A stretch of DNA of 39,800 nt, taken from the IMG/VR virus record IMGVR_UViG_3300042892_001069, one strand, 5' to 3'. Below the pieces are notes generated by a model. It was not told the origin of the DNA and did not search any database. It saw only the letters and a program-made list of their open reading frames with translations. Position numbers and translations under genes: made by a program. Within the stretch, counting starts at the first letter, position 1; the number at the start of each line of letters is the position of its first letter. Positions 15,762-21,449 of this stretch are shown piece by piece. This DNA is from a virus. Taxonomy: Duplodnaviria; Heunggongvirae; Uroviricota; Caudoviricetes.

Positions 15762-15827
15762 AAAACAGGATAGCATCTTTTTTCCATTAAAAGTAGAATT
15801 TTTGAGTTTGCTGTTGCTATCCTAAAC
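15762..15827 (-). ncRNA. Repeated structured RNA with a Lys(UUU) anticodon-like hairpin
   Basis: AGGATAGCA/TGCTATCCT stem, ACAGCAA, inner TTCTA-CTTTTAA-TGGAA. Confidence 0.7.
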
Positions 15828-15919
15828 TGGTACCAGCGTAGGGAATCGAACCCTATCAAGAACGCTAATCTGGCGCTAAAAGGTATATAAGACCTCTCTG
15901 ACTACCAAGTCTCGCTGGC
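15828..15919 (-). tRNA. tRNA with UAU anticodon (nominal Ile), long variable arm and 4-nt D-loop
   Basis: GAGGT-CTTATAT-ACCTT arm; GACT-TGGT-AGTC D-arm; ~24-nt variable arm; CCA. Confidence 0.8.
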
Positions 15920-15924
15920 ATGTA

Positions 15925-15998
15925 TGGTTCCTCCAACAAGAATCGAACTTGTAATGACCGGTTATCAGCCGATTGTTATACCATTTAACTACAGAGGA
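15925..15998 (-). tRNA. tRNA-Ile(GAT)
   Basis: Loop CT-GAT-AA, CCA. Confidence 0.93.
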
Positions 15999-16002
15999 AT
16001 AT

Positions 16003-16076
16003 TGGTTGCGGGTCCAGGATTTGAACCTGGGATGCTCCTGGCTTATGAGACCGGAGTGGTGGCCGCCCTACCCGCG
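16003..16076 (-). tRNA. Initiator-like tRNA-Met(CAT) with degenerate D-arm
   Basis: C1:A72 mismatch, loop CT-CAT-AA, TTCAAAT T-loop. Confidence 0.75.
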
Positions 16077-16082
16077 ATTGAT

Positions 16083-16158
16083 TGGCTCCACAGCCTGGGC
16101 TCGAACCAGGGACCAAATGATTAACAGTCATCTACTCTACCAACTGAGCTACTGCGGA
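16083..16158 (-). tRNA. tRNA-Asn(GTT)
   Basis: Loop CT-GTT-AA, CCA. Confidence 0.95.
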
Positions 16159-16165
16159 ATAAAAT

Positions 16166-16240
16166 TGGCGGTCTGTGGGGGAATCGAACCCCCGTAAGTG
16201 GATAGACAATCCACAGTAATAACCTCTATACGAACAGACC
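16166..16240 (-). tRNA. tRNA-Asp(GTC), second copy, U37
   Basis: Loop TT-GTC-TA, G73, CCA. Confidence 0.88.
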
Positions 16241-16247
16241 TTAAACT

Positions 16248-16333
16248 TGGTGGAGTATCCTGGGATCGAACCAGGCGTGCCATTACGACGGCGGATTTAC
16301 AGTCCACTGCATCACCATTGATGCTTCTACTCC
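16248..16333 (-). tRNA. tRNA-Tyr(GTA)
   Basis: Loop CT-GTA-AA, long variable arm, CCA. Confidence 0.92.
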
Positions 16334-16341
16334 ATGCTTAA

Positions 16342-16370
16342 ATTATAACACTCTCCCTCTATGATGTCAA
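16342..16370 (-). promoter_or_regulatory. sigma70 consensus promoter directly before tRNA-Tyr
   Basis: TTGACA-17 nt-TATAAT embedded in an inverted repeat. Confidence 0.8.
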
Positions 16371-16608
16371 CCGCGTCGTAGGCGGAGGTGGAAAGTGTTT
16401 ATTAAAGCATACTCGGCTTGTGACCTTATCCCCTAAACATTCTAGTTTCGGAATATGCTTTAATAACTAGTATTTTCTTCCCACAAGAGGGAATGCCATC
16501 CACTAGTCCGCCCGTTCGCTACGTGTTTTAAGTGCGTAGCAGAGTCCTCGTTACTCTATATTCACACTTTGCGTCAACGACTGCCTTGGCAATCTCAGCG
16601 TTAAAAAC

Positions 16609-16637
16609 AAAAAACCCCAGGGTTTTAATCCTAGGGT
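16609..16637 (-). terminator. Intrinsic terminator of the leader (attenuator)
   Basis: ACCCTAGG-8 nt-CCTGGGGT stem followed by TTTTTGTTTTT. Confidence 0.8.
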
Positions 16638-16669
16638 CCTTGAAGTTTCGAAATGTATTAAGTTGTTAC

Positions 16670-16810
16670 TTAACCATCCCAGCCCTCCCGGACCCTGGTA
16701 ATCTCTGGTGTGCGATCATATGATAGACTATTAATCGCTAACCAGCAAGAGGCTATAACGCCTGCCTGTTTTGGCATCGGATTAAAATGATGTCTGTTAA
16801 ATGATTGCAT
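16670..16810 (-). CDS. 46-aa leader peptide MQSFNRHHFNPMPKQAGVIASCWLAINSLSYDRTPEITRVREGWDG
   Basis: Hand translation; GAGAA SD-like site; lies between promoter and terminator; contains an antiterminator strand. Confidence 0.65.
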   Translation of the reverse strand: MQSFNRHHFNPMPKQAGVIASCWLAINSLSYDRTPEITRVREGWDG

Positions 16811-16867
16811 TTTGGTTCTCGTTTACTCTCTTAAAATTTACTAGCGGAATGCTAGTGTCTTGTGTTA

Positions 16868-16896
16868 ATTATAGTGTCTTTCAACACCTCTGTCAA
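16868..16896 (-). promoter_or_regulatory. sigma70 consensus promoter of the leader
   Basis: TTGACA-17 nt-TATAAT. Confidence 0.88.
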
Positions 16897-16949
16897 CATG
16901 TTTTGGCTAACTACAAAAAATATTTATCTCTTGCTGTTAATTAGTTTCT

Positions 16950-16978
16950 ATTATAAGAGTATTTATATCTCTTGTCAA
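16950..16978 (-). promoter_or_regulatory. Second sigma70 consensus promoter with embedded T4-late-like TATAAATA
   Basis: TTGACA-AGAGATATAAATACTCT-TATAAT. Confidence 0.85.
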
Positions 16979-17010
16979 GAACTATATGATAATGTGGTAT
17001 TTTTACAACT

Positions 17011-17499
17011 TTAGGTTCGAACCGCCCCGACTAAGTGTAATCTTGGTTCCTCAGAACAGTTCATAAATGAGTGGAACCGTGTGGTATCAGTTAAGTAAAC
17101 ATTGTTTACTGCCAAGTGGTACGGGGAAATTTCTTTAAAAGTAAAATAGCATTGACTGTTAGTTATTAATGGAATATGAATGCGAGGGCTTTCATCTTTG
17201 TGCATGCTGTAACATGCGTAGGGATTCAACCACATCAGTCGTGTTTTAAATAATTTGTATTTGTTAATTAGCTCTTCAAATACAGTATCTTTAAAAAATG
17301 GATTTAAAATTGTTGAGGCAAATTCATCACCGCTACTTCGACCAACCGCACTCGCCCAAACGTCTTCGTTTATTTTATGTTGTAGACCAACTTGTTTTCC
17401 CTTAAATCCATAGTCGGCCCAAATCATATTAGGCTCGAGTCTAGTGTACTCATCTATAATTGGGGTGACATTGATTGTGTCAAGTATTTTTATTAGCAT
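17011..17499 (-). CDS. Asp/Asn beta-hydroxylase-like 2OG-Fe(II) oxygenase
   Basis: YSMHKD..PRIHIPLITN...FHSFMN..RLHL. Confidence 0.8.
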   Translation of the reverse strand: MLIKILDTINVTPIIDEYTRLEPNMIWADYGFKGKQVGLQHKINEDVWASAVGRSSGDEFASTILNPFFKDTVFEELINKYKLFKTRLMWLNPYACYSMHKDESPRIHIPLITNSQCYFTFKEISPYHLAVNNVYLTDTTRFHSFMNCSEEPRLHLVGAVRT

Positions 17500-17514
17500 A
17501 AAATATTTAGTCGT

Positions 17515-17539
17515 AAAAAAAGCCCCTGCGGGCTTTTTC
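17515..17539. terminator. Bidirectional-type intrinsic terminator
   Basis: AAAAAAGCCC-CTGC-GGGCTTTTT. Confidence 0.8.
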
Positions 17540-17674
17540 TTAGAATGCCATTTCTTCGTATTCGTCTTTACCTACTCCGCATTCTGGACACTCAAAAGTT
17601 GCTGGAAGTTCATCCCATTTGCCTTCTAGTTCTTCATCGTGGACATGTCCACATACAATACATACGTGTTCCAT
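17540..17674 (-). CDS. Rubredoxin (44 aa)
   Basis: Read by hand: CIVCG...WDELPATFECPECGVGK; TAATG coupling to rubrerythrin. Confidence 0.88.
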   Translation of the reverse strand: MEHVCIVCGHVHDEELEGKWDELPATFECPECGVGKDEYEEMAF

Positions 17675-18123
17675 TATAGTGCCTCCAAAACTTGTTTATA
17701 AGCATTAGCATGGCGTTGCTCAACTTTTTGTAGAGCGGCAAAACGCTTTTCTGCTTTGGCTAATACTTGGGCAAATTGTTCTGCGTGTTCTTTGCTTTCT
17801 TCAATTTGATGACCTGCTTCAAAGGCAGCTTTAGTATTACCTTCGATCTCTGCGGCACGTTTAAAGTCTGGATACATTGTAGTGAATTCATATGTTTCAC
17901 CCTCGATAGCTTTTTCTAAACATTCTTTAGTTGTTGGCTTACCGATGAGCAATTCTAAATGGCCCCATGCGTGTAGCAGTTCTTGATCTGCTGTATGTTC
18001 AAAATGTTTAGCAACATCTTCATACCCTTCTTCACGAGCAATCTTTGCAAAATAGCGATACTTAGTATGTGCTTGACTTTCACCTGCGAAAGCGGCCTCT
18101 AAGTTTTTAATTGTAATTGACAT
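17674..18123 (-). CDS. Rubrerythrin-like ferritin-fold protein
   Basis: NLEAAFAGESQAHTKY..FAKIAREEG...E..HA...EGETYE..TMY; start revised to MSITIK. Confidence 0.9.
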   Translation of the reverse strand: MSITIKNLEAAFAGESQAHTKYRYFAKIAREEGYEDVAKHFEHTADQELLHAWGHLELLIGKPTTKECLEKAIEGETYEFTTMYPDFKRAAEIEGNTKAAFEAGHQIEESKEHAEQFAQVLAKAEKRFAALQKVEQRHANAYKQVLEAL

Positions 18124-18225
18124 AGTGTCTCCTTGTGTGTTTGTGCTATTATATAGCCTATTAAACTCCAAGGTCAATAGTTTTTCACTATAATTATTTC
18201 TATTAGGCTTATAGCTTTGTTTAAT

Positions 18226-18250
18226 AAAGAAACCCGCCGGAGCGGGTTCT
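18226..18250 (-). terminator. Intrinsic terminator after the tmRNA coding piece
   Basis: AGAACCCGC-TCCG-GCGGGTTTCTTT. Confidence 0.8.
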
Positions 18251-18600
18251 GCTATTTTGGATGACAAGGTATAACTACCTCGCAAGTGCTGTTTCTTAGG
18301 CAGCTAGTGCAAATGCGTCATCGTTTAAGGCGACGTCGACTTGCATGTACTTGAATGTATTTGCGTTTGCATTTACGATTTTTGTATTTTACGTGACCCC
18401 ACGTGTTGAGTCGTTATCCTATCTCACCCTGTCGAAACCATGGCAGGCCCATTTAAACACACTTTGGTTTATTAAGAGTTATAGCTATGCTAAAGAGCTC
18501 CTGGGATACCAAACCTGATCTTTTTACAGATTCAAGTATGCTTAGGTGGACCTGGCGGGAGTCGAACCCGCGTCCAGAACGCCTTACTTTACAACTTTGT
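18226..18600 (-). ncRNA. ssrA: Circularly permuted (two-piece) tmRNA
   Basis: Acceptor piece (GCGGG-TTCGACT-CCCGC-CAGGTCC-ACC, ~18600-18544) precedes the coding piece starting GGGCCTG (18450); G3:U70; tag ANANTFKYMQVDVALNDDAFALAA* at 18370-18296. Confidence 0.88.
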
Positions 18601-18624
18601 CCATTCAAGGACTACAACAATTCC

Positions 18625-18693
18625 TTACATAAAAACATGTATCAAAACAAATATAACAATTAAAACTGTTACAATGAATTGATACGCTTTCAT
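18625..18693 (-). CDS. 22-aa hydrophobic peptide MKAYQFIVTVLIVIFVLIHVFM
   Basis: Read by hand; starts 1 nt after the cspA stop. Confidence 0.45.
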   Translation of the reverse strand: MKAYQFIVTVLIVIFVLIHVFM

Positions 18694-18694
18694 T

Positions 18695-18898
18695 TTACTC
18701 TGGATGAATATTACTAGCTTGCTTACCCTTCATTCCCTGTACTACATCAAACGTTACTGCTTGATTTTCTTGTAGAACTTTAAAACCTGGAGTCTGTATT
18801 GCTGAGTAGTGAGCAAATAAATCCTCACCGCCGTTGTCTGGAGTAATAAATCCAAAACCTTTGGTTTCATTAAACCATTTTACTTTACCTGTTGCCAT
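18695..18898 (-). CDS. cspA: Cold-shock protein
   Basis: [17 protein letters not shown]...LFAHYS RNP1/RNP2. Confidence 0.97.
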   Translation of the reverse strand: MATGKVKWFNETKGFGFITPDNGGEDLFAHYSAIQTPGFKVLQENQAVTFDVVQGMKGKQASNIHPE

Positions 18899-19010
18899 TA
18901 TACTAATTTACCTTGTTAAAACACTATTATAGTGCCAGTTATTTATCAACGCAATCATTTTGGCAAATAATACTATAAATAACTATGTAGTTAAATCCGG
19001 GAGCGAATCG

Positions 19011-19292
19011 ATGGGTGATATTTTCAAAATTATTGGAGATCTAGGATTTCCAGTTGCAGCGGCACTAGCGGGCGGGTATTTTGTATACCTAACAATCAAA
19101 TTACTTTTGCAGGGCGTTTTAAGTTCAGTTAAAGGTATGGCTGGCATTATTACAGCACTTGATAACCGTGTTAAAACTATGAATCACGATGTTATACGTA
19201 TTGATACTATTGTATCCAATGCGCTAGGGCTACGTCCTGACGCAGACCGTATTGCACGAGCAGACGGTAAAAATGACGCTAGGAGAGATTAA
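19011..19292 (+). CDS. Small membrane protein (GFPV type)
   Basis: N-terminal TM segment; TATAAATA upstream; start revised to MGDIF. Confidence 0.7.
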   Translation: MGDIFKIIGDLGFPVAAALAGGYFVYLTIKLLLQGVLSSVKGMAGIITALDNRVKTMNHDVIRIDTIVSNALGLRPDADRIARADGKNDARRD

Positions 19293-19486
19293 TGCGTCAC
19301 TTTGATTACGAATGGGATTTGGAGACATGGGGCATTAAATTTGACCCAGAACTCAACATAGATAAACTAGGTTGGCGCCATGGTGATTGTTTTAAGATTA
19401 CTAATGTTAACGGCCGTGCTATGTTAGTTAAACTAGATCCCGTAGAACAGTTTGCACGAGGACACAAGGTGAATAGCGATGAATAA
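19292..19486 (+). CDS. Hypothetical protein
   Basis: TAATG overlap with upstream gene. Confidence 0.6.
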   Translation: MRHFDYEWDLETWGIKFDPELNIDKLGWRHGDCFKITNVNGRAMLVKLDPVEQFARGHKVNSDE

Positions 19487-19625
19487 ATGGACCGCATGGT
19501 ATGACAGCTTGCCTGAACATACAAAACAATATTTAAAAGCACAACCTATATGGCACGATAGAGACATGTGGAAAGCAGGGCTACTAGGTTGCGCTATTGG
19601 ACTAGTAATAGGAGCAATACTATAA
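19479..19625 (+). CDS. Small protein with C-terminal TM (48 aa, MNKWTAW...)
   Basis: Read by hand; overlaps both neighbours. Confidence 0.6.
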   Translation: MNKWTAWYDSLPEHTKQYLKAQPIWHDRDMWKAGLLGCAIGLVIGAIL

Positions 19626-19942
19626 TGGATGTAGTAGAACTAGTAAACAAATATGGTTTCCCTATTGTCATGGCGGTGGGCATGGGATTCATCATTAAGT
19701 ATGTATGGACTTGGGCTACTACTGAAGTCAAGCCGGTTATTAGCGATGCTAATACTGTTCTTATCGCACTAATAGATCGCATACGGATGTTAGACAACGA
19801 CTTGATCCGTTTAAATCAAAAGGTTAATACTGTACTTCATTTGCGTGGCAAGACAATTGAATACGAACGGGTTGAAGCAGAAAAGAAAATAAATCAGCCT
19901 GAACAACCGGATGATAAAGAAGCAAAGGGCGGAAGCTCGTAA
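19625..19942 (+). CDS. Small membrane protein (GFPI type), paralogue of 19011
   Basis: MDVVELVNKYGFPIV...ALIDRIRMLDNDLIR resembles GDLGFPV...ALDNRVKTMNHDVIR. Confidence 0.7.
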   Translation: MDVVELVNKYGFPIVMAVGMGFIIKYVWTWATTEVKPVISDANTVLIALIDRIRMLDNDLIRLNQKVNTVLHLRGKTIEYERVEAEKKINQPEQPDDKEAKGGSS

Positions 19943-19945
19943 AGA

Positions 19946-20042
19946 ACACACCTTAGGACCGGTACTTGTTACCGTAAGTGTGGGGTGGCTACTACCCTAG
20001 GGAAACAATTCGCTACTGCGTACCTTAAAGTGTAGCATTTTT
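19946..20042 (+). ncRNA. Candidate structured cis-regulatory RNA
   Basis: CACA-C-CTTA/TAAG-TGTG with CGGTA/TACCG; GGGT-GGCTACT-ACCC; GCTAC/GTAGC followed by a T run. Confidence 0.5.
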
Positions 20043-20070
20043 ACGGAGAACGCATTTAGGAGTAACTACT

Positions 20071-20229
20071 ATGGTAAATGCTATTGCTTCACTGTTACTA
20101 GCAGGCATGCTATCAAACGAGCCTCGATGTGTTAAATGGACATGGACTGGCGATGTCTACAATCGTCGAGTGGTATGTGTAGAATGGTCTAAGCCTCCGC
20201 CCAAAGATAAGGATCCTAAGAAAACATGA
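20071..20229 (+). CDS. Small secreted-like protein (52 aa, two Cys)
   Basis: Read by hand; AGGAG SD; hydrophobic N-terminus. Confidence 0.65.
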   Translation: MVNAIASLLLAGMLSNEPRCVKWTWTGDVYNRRVVCVEWSKPPPKDKDPKKT

Positions 20230-20708
20230 TTGATCCTATAACAATCGGCCTTGCTTTCACAGCCGCACAACAATCAGTGGGCTATATCAAAAAGGCCATT
20301 GCTCTAGGCAAGGATGTCAACAGCCTCTACGGACAGTTTGCCAAATTCTTTGAAAACAGCGATAAAATTCATGGTGCTAATGTAGCGGCACAAAACAGCA
20401 AGAATATTCTCACCGACGGTCAGATTAGATCGATGTCTATACAAATTGCCATGCAGAGTAAAGCACTCAGAGACGCAGAAAAACAACTCAAAGAACTGTT
20501 GATATATTCTGGAAATGGTGATGTGTGGGAGCAAATGATGGCTGAACGTGTGAGGATGTATAAAGAACGTGCCAAGTTACAAGCAGACTTGGCAAACGCT
20601 AGGATCCAAGCCAAAGCAGATTTAATAGACAGAGTGCTTATAGGTACAAGTTTTATGGCAATAGCAGTCCCTACAGTAATGTTTACTTTTGCTATGATAG
20701 TTAGATAA
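20226..20708 (+). CDS. Hypothetical coiled-coil protein with C-terminal TM
   Basis: ATGA overlap; helical composition. Confidence 0.65.
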   Translation: MIDPITIGLAFTAAQQSVGYIKKAIALGKDVNSLYGQFAKFFENSDKIHGANVAAQNSKNILTDGQIRSMSIQIAMQSKALRDAEKQLKELLIYSGNGDVWEQMMAERVRMYKERAKLQADLANARIQAKADLIDRVLIGTSFMAIAVPTVMFTFAMIVR

Positions 20709-20744
20709 TTTATTTTTAGACGGTATAACCCAGCTAAATATTGT

Positions 20745-21449
20745 ATGGATAAAATTATAGCAACGTTAGTGATGACGCATATCACAATAGTGTGTGTTAC
20801 ACTATACCTACATAGAAGCCAAGCACATAGGGGGCTTGAATTCCACCCAATTTTAAGTCACTTTATGCGAGCATGGTTATGGCTAACTACAGGCATGACT
20901 ACCAAGCAATGGGTAGCAGTACATCGCAAACATCATCAGAACACAGACGTAGAAGGTGATCCGCACTCGCCCCATGTATTTGGAATTTGGAATTTAGTTT
21001 TTGGTGGAGTCAAGTATTATAATCAAGCAGGTAGTGACGCTCATATGGTTATGAAATACGGAATGGGAACTCCCAAGGACTGGATTGAACGTAAACTTTA
21101 TACACCCCACCATCGCCTTGGAGTTCTTGTAATGCTGATCATAGATCTATTGTTATTTGGGCCATGGGGATTTCTAGTGTGGGGTGTTCAGATGATATGG
21201 ATTCCATTCTGGGCCGCTGGCTTTATTAATGGCATAGGACATTGGTGGGGATATCGCAATGGGGAAACTAAAGACTACAGTCGCAATGTAGTTCCTTGGG
21301 GTATATTAATCGGTGGTGAAGAACTACACAACAATCATCACTTGGATCCTGCTAATCCCAAACTGAGTCGTCGTTGGTTTGAATTTGATATTGGTTGGAT
21401 GTGGTTTAAATTTTTCAGCTACGTGGGCTTGGCAAAACTTAGAAGTTAG
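20745..21449 (+). CDS. Membrane fatty-acid (delta-9-like) desaturase
   Basis: Three His boxes: HRSQAH, HRKHH, HNNHH. Confidence 0.92.
   Translation: MDKIIATLVMTHITIVCVTLYLHRSQAHRGLEFHPILSHFMRAWLWLTTGMTTKQWVAVHRKHHQNTDVEGDPHSPHVFGIWNLVFGGVKYYNQAGSDAHMVMKYGMGTPKDWIERKLYTPHHRLGVLVMLIIDLLLFGPWGFLVWGVQMIWIPFWAAGFINGIGHWWGYRNGETKDYSRNVVPWGILIGGEELHNNHHLDPANPKLSRRWFEFDIGWMWFKFFSYVGLAKLRS

Noticed and set aside
13749-15827. Theta/HDV-like ribozymes at tRNA 3' ends
   Set aside because: The position fits, but after the 3' strand of the closing stem there is no room for P1.1, P4, the catalytic J4/2 C or the P2 3' strand; the next gene starts almost at once
97-15827. CRISPR array suggested by the recurring AACAGGAT...ATCCTAAA sequence
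   Set aside because: The copies are dispersed and self-complementary, not regularly spaced direct repeats; no cas genes are present
361-16333. Stop-codon reassignment or suppressor tRNAs
   Set aside because: No CTA, TTA or TCA anticodon was found; genes end normally at TAA, TAG and TGA and read intact in code 11
588-16723. ORF-track calls 588-1031, 1443-1649, 2991-3401, 3367-3615, 10980-11423, 13350-13586, 13649-13936, 15924-16197, 16532-16723
   Set aside because: They overlap tRNAs, structured RNAs or better-supported opposite-strand genes and have no protein motifs
18124-18285. N-terminal extension of rubrerythrin in the ORF track
   Set aside because: It runs through the tmRNA terminator and a promoter-like region; the AGGAGA SD supports the start at 18123
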